Below, in pieces: positions 49,772-57,245 of a DNA stretch of 57,245 bases. A program made the position numbers and the translations under genes. Positions within the stretch are counted from its first letter, which is position 1, and each line of letters begins with the position of its first letter. Below the pieces are notes generated by a model. It ran no database searches, was not told the DNA's origin, and saw nothing but the letters and a program-made list of their open reading frames with translations. This DNA is from Pyrinomonadaceae bacterium (GTDB lineage: Bacteria; Acidobacteriota; Blastocatellia; Pyrinomonadales; Pyrinomonadaceae), in assembly GCA_036389875.1 (NCBI GenBank), contig DASVVZ010000256.1, forward strand, positions 1 to 57,245, in the 5' to 3' direction.

Positions 49772-50218
49772 TTAAAAGACGTCGAAGCGAGCCTTACCGC
49801 TGCACACGGGTAGAGGCCCGGGCTTAATCGGCATGCGCGCCTCCAGGCCGTCAGGCGAAGCCATGGGCTCATGAGGGCTGAGGCCAAAAGGAAGTCCGAC
49901 GAAGTGAAAGGGCATGCCGCACTGATCACAGCTGACTGTAATGTCGGCGAAGTAGTGCGAGGCCGGCTCAGTCTCCGCAACCCCTTCATCCATGATGCGC
50001 GCGACGTTGACCTGGGCCATAAAGTTCAGGTGCTTGCAGTCCTCCGGACTACATTTAATTGGTAATGGCTCTGGTGCGCCGAACAAGCTGTTTTTAGCTA
50101 CAGGGACGGCTTCCGGAAATTCGCGTCGGTCTACGATGTTCCCATTCGGCAGGGTCCCGGCGTAGCCGCTTTTAATCAGGTCAAAGAGTTCTGGAAGAAC
50201 TCCATTTGAATCACTCAT
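49772..50218 (-). CDS. Hypothetical protein
   Basis: 148-aa ORF; contains CDQCG. Confidence 0.5.
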   Translation of the reverse strand: MSDSNGVLPELFDLIKSGYAGTLPNGNIVDRREFPEAVPVAKNSLFGAPEPLPIKCSPEDCKHLNFMAQVNVARIMDEGVAETEPASHYFADITVSCDQCGMPFHFVGLPFGLSPHEPMASPDGLEARMPIKPGPLPVCSGKARFDVF

Positions 50219-50424
50219 CTATTCTTTTTCCCTTCCTGTGGAAATGCTGCGACTTCAACGCGCTCAATCAGACGAACCTTCGTTTCTACTTTTGAAGGAT
50301 CGCCGTACACGCTGACCGATACGTCTAGGCCCAGCTTCTCCGCGTCGCGAATGCATTTCTGCATGAGCATCGAAACTTCTATGACCTTCTTTGCCGCGGC
50401 CTCCTGCTCAGGTGTTGTTGTCAT
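50215..50424 (-). CDS. Hypothetical small protein
   Basis: Start moved to the ATG at 50424 (GGTGGAG upstream). Confidence 0.45.
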   Translation of the reverse strand: MTTTPEQEAAAKKVIEVSMLMQKCIRDAEKLGLDVSVSVYGDPSKVETKVRLIERVEVAAFPQEGKKNR

Positions 50425-50986
50425 TCTCCACCTTCCGTCTCTTCGAATTGTTAGCCTTAAGCATCCTGTTTTTACGCGGGATGCGCACGGGGGATATCCC
50501 CTGCGCCATGCGCAGCGTGGCATCTAGCTGTTGAATCTCATCCCTGGTCAACTCGGGCTGCTTAGCTGACTGGTTCGTGTTGAAGATCTGGTTGACGATG
50601 ACGAAGGCGTCCAGGAGCTTCTCCTCCTCTTTCCTGAGCGCCTTCTTATAGGTTCTAAGGAGCAGAACCACTTCGGCGCGCTCGGCGGGAGTAAGCTCAA
50701 CCCAGACACTATTCTTCTGCTTGCCCTTGAAGCGCCTGACTTCGACCTGGTCAGTCATCTTTACTTTGCCGATAATATGGACCAACAGCGTGAGGTCCAG
50801 CTTGCGGCTGAAGCTGAACTGGTAGAGCTTCGGCTCGGAGGCAATCAGGTCCTCCATGCTGATGCTGTATTTTATGAGCAGTCTCTCAAGCATCTTTGCC
50901 GCTGTCTGCCTCTCGTGAGTGGTGCCGCGCTCGGCCAGCTCCTTGATCTTTCTGAGTTTGTCCCTGAGGCTATCGCCCATTTTCAC
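50408..50986 (-). CDS. Hypothetical protein with DUF2786-like N-terminus
   Basis: KLRKIKELAERGTTHERQTAAKMLERLLIKYSI. Confidence 0.45.
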   Translation of the reverse strand: MKMGDSLRDKLRKIKELAERGTTHERQTAAKMLERLLIKYSISMEDLIASEPKLYQFSFSRKLDLTLLVHIIGKVKMTDQVEVRRFKGKQKNSVWVELTPAERAEVVLLLRTYKKALRKEEEKLLDAFVIVNQIFNTNQSAKQPELTRDEIQQLDATLRMAQGISPVRIPRKNRMLKANNSKRRKVENDNNT

Positions 50987-51251
50987 CTTCAGTCTGATGT
51001 AGTTTAAGGAGGTAGGCCCCGGGCGTGGCAGGGTCGTATTCTACGCTGCGGTCGCCGCGCCCCTTTATGGAGTCCGCGATCTCTTTAATCACTACCTCTT
51101 TCCAGTCCTCGTAGGCTCTGAGAAAACATTCCCGGTAATTCTCCAGGCTCTCCAGCGCCGGCAGCCACGCCCGAAAAGTAAAGTCCCGGTAAATTACTGA
51201 GTCGCCGATTTTGAATTCAACGCTCAGGCGTGTTATCGGAGGTCTGGCCAT
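50970..51251 (-). CDS. Hypothetical protein
   Basis: 93-aa ORF. Confidence 0.45.
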   Translation of the reverse strand: MARPPITRLSVEFKIGDSVIYRDFTFRAWLPALESLENYRECFLRAYEDWKEVVIKEIADSIKGRGDRSVEYDPATPGAYLLKLHQTEGENGR

Positions 51252-51253
51252 CC

Positions 51254-51472
51254 TCAGGCTCCTCCTACGTGCTTGCCTTCAGGGACAGGGATGTTCAAAG
51301 ACATTGTCTTAGAAGAGCAGCCGGGTGAATGAAGCAGGTGGTGCGCGCCGACCGAACGCATGATCTGCTTTTCCCATGTCGCATATTTGACGCAGCGCGG
51401 CCGGGCCGGCACGGGCAACTCGCCTTTGTAGTGGCACCTGACGCATTCGTAGCTGATAGTGATTGTGTTCAT
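51254..51472 (-). CDS. Small Cys-rich protein
   Basis: CVRCHYKG...RPRC...SPGC. Confidence 0.45.
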   Translation of the reverse strand: MNTITISYECVRCHYKGELPVPARPRCVKYATWEKQIMRSVGAHHLLHSPGCSSKTMSLNIPVPEGKHVGGA

Positions 51473-51609
51473 TATCGACCACCGTTCCAGACGTCAGTAG
51501 CTATAACAATCAAGACCGTGATGAAACCCACCTTCCAGCTTATGCCCCAGTGCTGACCCAGTAGGAGGGCAACAAGAAGGATGGCCACTGCGATTAAAGC
51601 TCTCACCAT
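51472..51609 (-). CDS. Small two-helix membrane peptide (45 aa; below the track cutoff)
   Basis: Hand translation MVRALIAVAILLVALLLGQHWGISWKVGFITVLIVIATDVWNGGR. TAATG overlap with the next gene. Confidence 0.4.
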   Translation of the reverse strand: MVRALIAVAILLVALLLGQHWGISWKVGFITVLIVIATDVWNGGR

Positions 51610-51613
51610 TGCC

Positions 51614-51985
51614 TTAGACCTTTCCTTTGTGACGCATCCGCAGCCAGTTAAAACCGGCGTCCCTCAGCTCCAGAAGCCGGATGGCCAGCGTAGCCCCGTC
51701 GCGCTTACGGCGCCCAATATCCCTCCATGATGGGCGATGTTCCATACGTCTATAGGCCAAGCCCCAGACAGCCAAAGTCAATATCAATCGTGAGTAGAAC
51801 CAGTAGGTGGTGCGCTTGCCTTCGCCCACAGCCACCACGACACCCTCCAGCGGCTTCTCCTTGGCGTTATCCGGTATGACAATAAGGCTTTGTTCCTCAC
51901 TCTCATCCGCGCGACGGATGATGACTCTATCCTGAAGAGGGGTGCCGATTTGCTTTGTTGCTTGTTTGTTCATTGTCTTCTCCAT
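51614..51985 (-). CDS. GroES (Cpn10)-like N-terminal half fused to an unrelated hydrophobic/basic C-terminus
   Basis: [42 protein letters not shown] aligns by eye with GroES (PL.DRV.v.r.e.e....GI.iP..a.ekp..G.VvAvG.G). Similarity is lost after that point. Confidence 0.55.
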   Translation of the reverse strand: MEKTMNKQATKQIGTPLQDRVIIRRADESEEQSLIVIPDNAKEKPLEGVVVAVGEGKRTTYWFYSRLILTLAVWGLAYRRMEHRPSWRDIGRRKRDGATLAIRLLELRDAGFNWLRMRHKGKV

Positions 51986-52019
51986 AATTTGTGCCCGCCG
52001 AGTATCTCGCCGGGGAGGT

Positions 52020-52039
52020 GACTCAAAATATTTTGAGTC
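52020..52039. promoter_or_regulatory. Perfect copy of the 20-bp palindrome
   Basis: 35 nt upstream of the GroES-like gene's start. Confidence 0.7.
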
Positions 52040-52339
52040 GTGTTAGTGCCTGAAACAGAGCGGAGTTCTGCCAGCTAAAATTAAACACTTCGTATGAAAT
52101 AACGAGGCCGTACTTATTGAGCCGGACCGCGCGAGTCGTGAAATTGATGTCTCTGGTGAGTTGGCTTTTTCTCATAGGATTTAGTCTTGACGGTCAGATT
52201 GAATGAAAACATTAACTTGTTGATAAACAACTCGCTTAAAGTAAGGCCACTCCGCTTCCCCATGCCTCAGCGTCAAGGCCGGTCAAGATTCATAGGCTCG
52301 CGGGCGTGCTTCTCGGCGATCGCTATAACCTCAAATTCA

Positions 52340-52711
52340 TCACTTCCTTACTTTCGCAGGATCCAGGACTGTAATTACAAACCAATGAACCTTCTCTATT
52401 CCTTCCAGACTCTTTAGGTAAAAGCCCGGGTCGTGCTTTAACTCCCCATCTTCACAGACTACGCTATGCAGTAAGCCATTTCTGCGGATGACAAGAATCG
52501 AAAACCCTCGTGGGGCATCGTTGTATTTCGCGTAGTACCATTCCAGGCCGAAGCCATAGGGCTTAAGCCATTCCCGCCAGATCTGCAGGGCTTCCGGCGT
52601 GTTCGGCACGTAATCCGGCATCTCCCAGACAGGCATCTCGAAGCGGCTGGCCATGCATGCTTTGAAGCAATCGCCATCGAATCTTCTAACTCTCTGAGCA
52701 AGAGGCAGCAT
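52340..52711 (-). CDS. Hypothetical protein with a possible Cys-His peptidase dyad
   Basis: N-terminal GDCFKAC and later LLHSVVCEDGELKHDP. The reading is weak. Confidence 0.35.
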   Translation of the reverse strand: MLPLAQRVRRFDGDCFKACMASRFEMPVWEMPDYVPNTPEALQIWREWLKPYGFGLEWYYAKYNDAPRGFSILVIRRNGLLHSVVCEDGELKHDPGFYLKSLEGIEKVHWFVITVLDPAKVRK

Positions 52712-52736
52712 TAGTCGCTATCCGCTATGAGACGGA

Positions 52737-53048
52737 TCATTTAACCGCCGTTATCACTCGTCCCTCGCCTGCTTCCCAGCTCCTGCATGCTGGCGAGCGT
52801 ACGAGGATGTCTGAGCCCGGGCCGCCAGTCCACAGGTGTCGTACTAGGCCGCACTTGTGATAGGTCCTCGAGTATCGGAGCTGGCAGTGATGCTTGCATG
52901 TGCCGCAGGTCTCGCCCTCGGGGCCTGTGCCGGGCTTCGCGGCGTAGCCGTTCGGCCTGGTAGGCTTTCTCTTTTTCTTCCCGGACGCATCGACCTGAGC
53001 CGGTGGTTCATTAGTCAGGGGGTCGCCGAATAGGTGGCTCTGCTGCAT
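52737..53048 (-). CDS. Cys-rich zinc-binding protein
   Basis: CGTCKHHC...HKCG...SPACRSW. Confidence 0.5.
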   Translation of the reverse strand: MQQSHLFGDPLTNEPPAQVDASGKKKRKPTRPNGYAAKPGTGPEGETCGTCKHHCQLRYSRTYHKCGLVRHLWTGGPGSDILVRSPACRSWEAGEGRVITAVK

Positions 53049-53084
53049 AGATGTTTTGGGTTCGCCGGCTACGTACGTCCTATC

Positions 53085-53477
53085 TTAGAAGCGAGATTTG
53101 TTGTATTGAACTCGCGTTCGGTCATCAATAAACGACCACATCAAATCAGCCGCTTGGGCCAGTTCCTCAGCTGCCTGCGCGACATTTCCGCCCTCATAGA
53201 TTTGAGAGAAGTGGTCGTACAGGAAAGAGCACTCGACAATGCAATAGCCTTTCTCCGCGACCGCGTCAGTTATGAGTTCAACCGCTCTGGCTTTGTATTC
53301 GTCCCTGGTGCTTGGCTTCAGGTCGCATTTATGAGTGCCCTCAAGCTCGGACTTCGCATGTAGAGCGAGAGAGCCCCAGACCAGGCGTTCGTATAAAACA
53401 ACCGTGTCGCCATAACGCTCTTGAATCATGGTCAGGCGTCCAATCAACTCGCTGATATGTAAATAGGTGAATGACAT
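53085..53477 (-). CDS. Hypothetical protein
   Basis: 130-aa ORF. Confidence 0.5.
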   Translation of the reverse strand: MSFTYLHISELIGRLTMIQERYGDTVVLYERLVWGSLALHAKSELEGTHKCDLKPSTRDEYKARAVELITDAVAEKGYCIVECSFLYDHFSQIYEGGNVAQAAEELAQAADLMWSFIDDRTRVQYNKSRF

Positions 53478-53486
53478 TCCCCACTC

Positions 53487-53696
53487 CTATCGATTTCGTA
53501 TCCTTTTCTTCGGCGCTCCCTTGATACGAACTGTGTTGGGTTTGACGTGATATTCAGTCAGCCTCTCCAGAACCTCCGTGATGGCCGCGAGCAGGATTTC
53601 ATCCGAGTAGCCAGTCACTTCAATGGTCGCGCGGCTCACGCGGTAAGGCGATCCGTCATTACGCTTCTCGACGACCTTTTTCCTGATTATGATCAT
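53487..53696 (-). CDS. Hypothetical small protein
   Basis: 69-aa ORF overlapping the rep gene's stop by 4 nt. Confidence 0.45.
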   Translation of the reverse strand: MIIIRKKVVEKRNDGSPYRVSRATIEVTGYSDEILLAAITEVLERLTEYHVKPNTVRIKGAPKKRIRNR

Positions 53697-54628
53697 GTTC
53701 TGTTCATCTCTAGTTTGGCTTCTTCGATCTCACGCTCAAGGCGCTCAAGCTCTGCCTCTAGTCGTGGGTGCTCGCACTTGGCAACCCCCTGCAATCTCCC
53801 TTCAGGGGTGTCGCCGGCGGGATAGTAGAGTCCCTTTCCTTTGCAGTCCGGGCAGCAGCTCGTATCCCTCTTGGGCTCGGTGGAAGCTGGTTTTTGAAGC
53901 TCGCGTTTGCGCTTGAGGAAGACAGAGTCGTAGGTTCCTCTGCGTGCTTCAAGCGTCATCGCATAACGCTCTGGGCTTCGAACCCCGGGCATGTTGCTGG
54001 CGATGCGGATGCGCTCTTCGTCGCAGAGCTTTGAGCGATGTGGAGTGGCACACACACACTTCTGCTGCCCGACTGCGGAAGGCGCTCGCGCGCCGTGTGT
54101 GTGTGTCTGGTTCAAATGGGTCTGGTTAGATGTATCTAGTTCGGGTACAGATTCTGTACCACCGTGGTCTAAAATCTGTATCAGGGGTGGTGCGGATTCA
54201 GTACTAGGTGGTGTAGATTTTGTACTACCGCGTCTGATAAGTTTCTCTGGGGGGTGGTCTAGATTCTGTACTACCTCTTCGGACTGAGCGCGGCGCTTTT
54301 TGATGTGCAGGATCTTGTAGTTGTTCGAGGCCGCATCGCCCGCTTCGTCCGTGCGCGCCTCCTTCCTGATTAGCTTGTGCTCTATCAAGATTTTCACGCC
54401 ATTGATGGCCGTCGTGCGAGAGATGCCGAGCTTGTCGGCGATGGTCTGGTAGGACGGGAAGGATGAAGAGCCTGACCTGTTGGCGTGCCTGACGAGGACG
54501 TTGTAGACTGCGACTCCCAGGGTGCCGATCTCGGAGCCGTAATCGTCAATCAACTCTTCGTCAACAATATAGAATCCCGGCTCGCGCCCGTCTATAAGTT
54601 GATCGTCATCCGGTTTGTGTTTAGCCAT
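53693..54628 (-). CDS. Replication initiator (lambda O-like organisation: wHTH, iteron-encoding linker, C-terminal zinc ribbon)
   Basis: wHTH-like segment YQTIADKLGISRTTAINGVKILIEHKLIRK. Iterons at 54124-54272 inside the ORF. C-terminal CCPDCKGKGLYYPAGDTPEGRLQGVAKCEH. Confidence 0.6.
   Translation of the reverse strand: MAKHKPDDDQLIDGREPGFYIVDEELIDDYGSEIGTLGVAVYNVLVRHANRSGSSSFPSYQTIADKLGISRTTAINGVKILIEHKLIRKEARTDEAGDAASNNYKILHIKKRRAQSEEVVQNLDHPPEKLIRRGSTKSTPPSTESAPPLIQILDHGGTESVPELDTSNQTHLNQTHTHGARAPSAVGQQKCVCATPHRSKLCDEERIRIASNMPGVRSPERYAMTLEARRGTYDSVFLKRKRELQKPASTEPKRDTSCCPDCKGKGLYYPAGDTPEGRLQGVAKCEHPRLEAELERLEREIEEAKLEMNRT
54124..54272. repeat. Iteron array (five good units plus one degenerate unit, consensus about GGTSTAGATTCTGTACT)
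   Basis: Units start at 54124 (degenerate), 54144, 54166, 54189, 54210 and 54256. Spacings are 20, 22, 23, 21 and 46 nt, roughly two helical turns. Confidence 0.7.
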
Positions 54629-54649
54629 GAAGTCTTAGTCCTATGCGAC

Positions 54650-54997
54650 CTAACGCTTCTCCTGTTTCTTCTTGACTGCTTCGGCAAAAGATTCAAGCTC
54701 GGGCGGTTTTACAATGCCGGAAGCCGTGGCTAGGTACTGATGCTCCTCCAACACTCCCAACGTCTCCTCGGATACAGCGGGCTCAGGCGCGCGCTCCAGG
54801 TAGACCACGAAATACTTGAGACCTCCGCGCAGCAGTGCTCGCTGTACGGCCGTCTCGCAGCCCTCTTCGAAGACGAGACGATCGCCTATGCGCGCGCCAA
54901 GTGCGTCACCGATAGCCACAGGCACTGAGGCGCGACCCTTAAGGTTGTCGCCGTCCTTACGAACCGGCGCTTCTTCTCGAATTCGATTCTTCATCAT
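54650..54997 (-). CDS. AbrB/SpoVT-like DNA-binding protein candidate
   Basis: NLKGRASVPVAIGDALGARIGDRLVFEEG resembles a swapped-hairpin AbrB/MazE motif. Confidence 0.4.
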   Translation of the reverse strand: MMKNRIREEAPVRKDGDNLKGRASVPVAIGDALGARIGDRLVFEEGCETAVQRALLRGGLKYFVVYLERAPEPAVSEETLGVLEEHQYLATASGIVKPPELESFAEAVKKKQEKR

Positions 54998-55412
54998 TTA
55001 CGGTCTCCGTGAACCCACCCTCACGATTCAGCGCAAGTATCGCCTTCTTCAGATTCTTAGCGGCGCGCTCCTTCTTTCTCTTGTTTTTCGTGGTAAGGAA
55101 GATTTGCAGGGCACCGACCGCCAGGATGGCCAGAGCTTTCTTAATGCCGCGCGCCTTGCCGTAATAGCCCTCCGCCGCGAGCGCCCCGACTTCGCGCCTC
55201 CAACCCCGGCAAATGACCAGCAACCCGGCCTGCACGCGCCCACGGCGCTCACTAGAGGTCATGGCCGGATGATCCTGCAGAGAGCCGTCCTTCGCGTGGT
55301 GGCAGTAGAAGGGCAGCCCGCCGAGCAGGGCGAGCTGGGCTTTCAGGTGACTCTGGGGCTCGCGATTAGCCTCAGCCCCTTCGGTGTATGCGCAGCCTTC
55401 GCAAGGATTCAT
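54957..55412 (-). CDS. Hypothetical protein
   Basis: 151-aa ORF with N-terminal CEGC and a basic C-terminal half. Confidence 0.45.
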   Translation of the reverse strand: MNPCEGCAYTEGAEANREPQSHLKAQLALLGGLPFYCHHAKDGSLQDHPAMTSSERRGRVQAGLLVICRGWRREVGALAAEGYYGKARGIKKALAILAVGALQIFLTTKNKRKKERAAKNLKKAILALNREGGFTETVNDEESNSRRSAGS

Positions 55413-55421
55413 CCTGACGCC

Positions 55422-55589
55422 TCACAAAAAGAAGAATCTGACAATTCGCCACAGACCGTATAGAGCGCCGACCATGAAGGCTCCTGCGCCGAACATCCAT
55501 CGCGACAGATGGGTGCAGGCCGGGCAGAGAAACCGGCGGCTAAAGGGAGGCAGCTGCTCGCGACATCTTGAGTTCTTACAATTGTTCAT
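55422..55589 (-). CDS. Small zinc-ribbon plus transmembrane protein (55 aa; below the track cutoff)
   Basis: Hand translation MNNCKNSRCREQLPPFSRRFLCPACTHLSRWMFGAGAFMVGALYGLWRIVRFFFL. ATGA overlap with the upstream gene. Confidence 0.5.
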   Translation of the reverse strand: MNNCKNSRCREQLPPFSRRFLCPACTHLSRWMFGAGAFMVGALYGLWRIVRFFFL

Positions 55590-55819
55590 CTGTCTGACAT
55601 CACCTTTCCGACCTCTCTCTCGATAGCGTCTTTGTAGTGCAACAGGTCTTGAAGCGTGCCGTTGATGACGAGGCTTGTGAATTCCCTGTACACCCTAAGG
55701 GCCTTCTTGAGAGCGGCAACGCATTGGGCAGTTGACTGATGAGGGGATGCGACCGGTACGGGCAGGTCGCATTCTCCGCAAGTGTAGGTCTCGATTTCCT
55801 TATTCTCTTCTGGCTTCAT
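55586..55819 (-). CDS. Small Cys-containing protein
   Basis: 77 aa; contains CGECD. Confidence 0.45.
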   Translation of the reverse strand: MKPEENKEIETYTCGECDLPVPVASPHQSTAQCVAALKKALRVYREFTSLVINGTLQDLLHYKDAIEREVGKVMSDR

Positions 55820-56124
55820 GGTATCTCCGAAGACATCCCCAACTCGTCATATAAATCAGGCCCGTAGCCGTAATAGCCATCTTCTTCATCGTATCGCTCG
55901 TCTTGGCACCAACTGCACGGGCAACCCCAGGGAGGCTCTCTGGTACAATGCGGGCAATGCAGGCCGTTCTCAATGAATTCGCCGCAGTCGCAGAGCCATG
56001 CCTGGCTTTCGTCGTAATCATCCAAGTCGCCCACTTCCCACCATGGGTCGCGGTAGAATCGGCGCCTGTGATGAAGGTCAAGCGAGCGCTCTTTACGCCG
56101 ATGATGTGCTTTAAGACGCGCCAT
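55816..56124 (-). CDS. Cys-rich zinc-binding protein
   Basis: CDCGEFIENGLHCPHCTREPPWGCPCSWC. Confidence 0.5.
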   Translation of the reverse strand: MARLKAHHRRKERSLDLHHRRRFYRDPWWEVGDLDDYDESQAWLCDCGEFIENGLHCPHCTREPPWGCPCSWCQDERYDEEDGYYGYGPDLYDELGMSSEIP

Positions 56125-56244
56125 ATAAGTTTTCAGCCCTTAGCAGAAAATCCAGTCAGTACCGATGCAGCTCATTCTGCGCTCTGAAAACACAGTGAAA
56201 ATTAACCGTCAATGCTCGCGGCCCATCAACATGCGTCTCTTCGT

Positions 56245-56616
56245 CTATTGCTCGCCTTCGGCTTCAACGTCGGGTGAGAGCGGAAGAGGTGTAATCGTCA
56301 GGCCGTCTCTGACCAACGGGTTATTGCCGATTTTTGCTACATAGTTCTGATTACAATGGGGGCAGCTAAGCATGATGTGGTTATTCTTCGACTCGTTATC
56401 GAGTGACAGATTGAACCCATCAACCAGCTTCCCCTGTGCTATGGAGAGAACACGTAGGAAACTCAGGGTTCGCTCGGTAAAGTCAGCCTCGACATCGGAG
56501 CGAAAGCCCTCAGAGCTATAGGCCTCATAAAGCCGGCTTAGATTGCGCCAAAGCTCTGCCTCTTTCGGATCTGTGATTTCTTCTGGTGTAGGTGCGGGCA
56601 TATCTTTTCCTTTCAT
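56245..56616 (-). CDS. Hypothetical protein
   Basis: 123 aa; contains CPHCNQ. Confidence 0.5.
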   Translation of the reverse strand: MKGKDMPAPTPEEITDPKEAELWRNLSRLYEAYSSEGFRSDVEADFTERTLSFLRVLSIAQGKLVDGFNLSLDNESKNNHIMLSCPHCNQNYVAKIGNNPLVRDGLTITPLPLSPDVEAEGEQ

Positions 56617-57074
56617 TTATCATCCGGGTCCGGGGTCAAAAAGCGCAGCACAATTGCGTCCGTATGAACGAAGATGTCGTCCTCTCTGAGACGAGCAACC
56701 ACCTGCTTTACAGAGGTGACGCAGTTATTCATCCACGTCGTCATTCGCTCAGGATCTTGAAGCATGTCTGGCGGCATGAAGCGCGTCATCTTGCCAACTT
56801 CAAGAATGACTTCGAGCACGCCGCCCGGAAGCTTTAAGACCGCGCAGCGCAGCTCATTCTCCGGGGTCACTGGCAGCGCCTGAGCCGTCACTTCATACTT
56901 CCTGCCGGGAATATGCCAACAGCCTTCGTCGCCGATGCGCAACGCGCAGATTGAGCAGATCATGCTCAGCTCTTCTTGACTCATGCCTTCGTCCTTATAT
57001 AGAGGCCGTCTATCCATTTCGTTATCAGACACAAACCATTCAACCCAAAACATTGTGGGTTGCGGGCTCAGCAT
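56613..57074 (-). CDS. Hypothetical protein
   Basis: 153-aa ORF with a 4-nt overlap with the downstream gene. Confidence 0.5.
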   Translation of the reverse strand: MLSPQPTMFWVEWFVSDNEMDRRPLYKDEGMSQEELSMICSICALRIGDEGCWHIPGRKYEVTAQALPVTPENELRCAVLKLPGGVLEVILEVGKMTRFMPPDMLQDPERMTTWMNNCVTSVKQVVARLREDDIFVHTDAIVLRFLTPDPDDK

Positions 57075-57245
57075 TAATTGGCAAAGGTTGTTGGGTGCGC
57101 CTCGCCCCGTATGAAAGATAGGTTTCCGCCAGTCGTCTGATGTGATCGCCGTCTACGGCCAGCTTCTCAACCAGGTCGGCATTAGGCTCTCTAACGCCTT
57201 CTATCTGATGGCGCTTGATGCCTAGCACCTCGGCGATTACAGGGT
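57040..57245 (-). CDS. Xre-type HTH protein, 5'-truncated by the window edge
   Basis: The frame stays open to nt 57245. PVIAEVLGIKRHQIEGVREPNADLVEKLA is a typical HTH_3 recognition region. Confidence 0.55.
   Translation of the reverse strand, partial: PVIAEVLGIKRHQIEGVREPNADLVEKLAVDGDHIRRLAETYLSYGARRTQQPLPINAEPATHNVLG

Larger units (their letters stand above)
6911..57245. mobile_element. Temperate contractile-tailed phage / prophage; the right end is not in the window and the left boundary is uncertain (it may include 1-6910)
   Basis: Contains integrase, replication, lysis-like, terminase, portal, capsid, sheath/tube, tape measure, baseplate and fibre modules, nearly all on the minus strand. 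Confidence 0.85.

Noticed and set aside
51614-51830. A simple frameshift that would restore a full-length GroES.
   Set aside because: Both alternative frames downstream of the GEGK junction reach stop codons within about 15-25 codons, and neither shows GroES C-terminal motifs.
52060-52073. A sigma54-type promoter (TGGCAG-N-GC on the minus strand) upstream of the GroES-like operon.
   Set aside because: The GG-to-GC spacing is one base short of the -24/-12 consensus, and no enhancer-binding protein is encoded here.
52023-52175. A 50-aa minus-strand ORF ending inside the palindrome at 52020.
   Set aside because: No Shine-Dalgarno and no recognisable feature. The region more likely holds promoter and leader sequence.
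6911-57245. A Mu-like transposable phage, suggested by the Com-like zinc finger, the Mu gpG-like morphogenesis protein, the MuB/TniB-like ATPase and the Mu-like baseplate order.
   Set aside because: No DDE transposase is visible. A tyrosine integrase and a lambda GpA-type terminase are present, pointing to integration/excision and cos- or pac-type packaging.

Overview
The window is almost entirely a temperate contractile-tailed (myovirus-type) phage or prophage, transcribed on the minus strand. Running right to left: (1) 57.2-49.2 kb holds a partial Xre-type HTH gene and early genes, including an O-like replication initiator with iterons inside its own gene. (2) 49.0-46.7 kb holds a lysis-like membrane-protein cluster and an orphan receiver-domain protein. 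(3) 46.6-37.2 kb holds the DUF2280-type small terminase, GpA-type large terminase, portal, S78-type prohead protease/scaffold, a decoration-size ORF and the major capsid. (4) 37.1-31.7 kb holds neck proteins, sheath, tube and tail chaperone. (5) 31.6-27.8 kb is a ~3.9 kb accessory cassette bounded by inverted repeats; it separates the chaperone from the tape measure. (6) 27.7-20.1 kb holds the tape measure and a P2/Mu-like baseplate. (7) 20.1-12.5 kb holds fibre and beta-helix genes, with an opposite-strand methyltransferase insert between baseplate J and I. (8) 12.5-6.9 kb holds AT-richer accessory genes, a second rep-like/ExeA-like ATPase pair and a tyrosine integrase. The only long plus-strand block (1-6.35 kb) is a ParB-linked ubiquitin-like conjugation cassette: Ubl-like, unknown, E2-like, JAB, E1/ThiF, in a PRTRC-type architecture. 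I consider it the best candidate for an uncharacterised system. Non-coding highlights are a 20-bp palindrome (GACTCAAAATATTTTGAGTC) at nine or more positions, mostly at operon junctions; a GTTTTCGAGG-containing repeat family; and 5-nt-periodic CC/GG tracts flanking the accessory cassette. I saw no rRNA, tRNA or CRISPR array. All functional calls rest on motifs read by eye plus gene order; no database search was possible.
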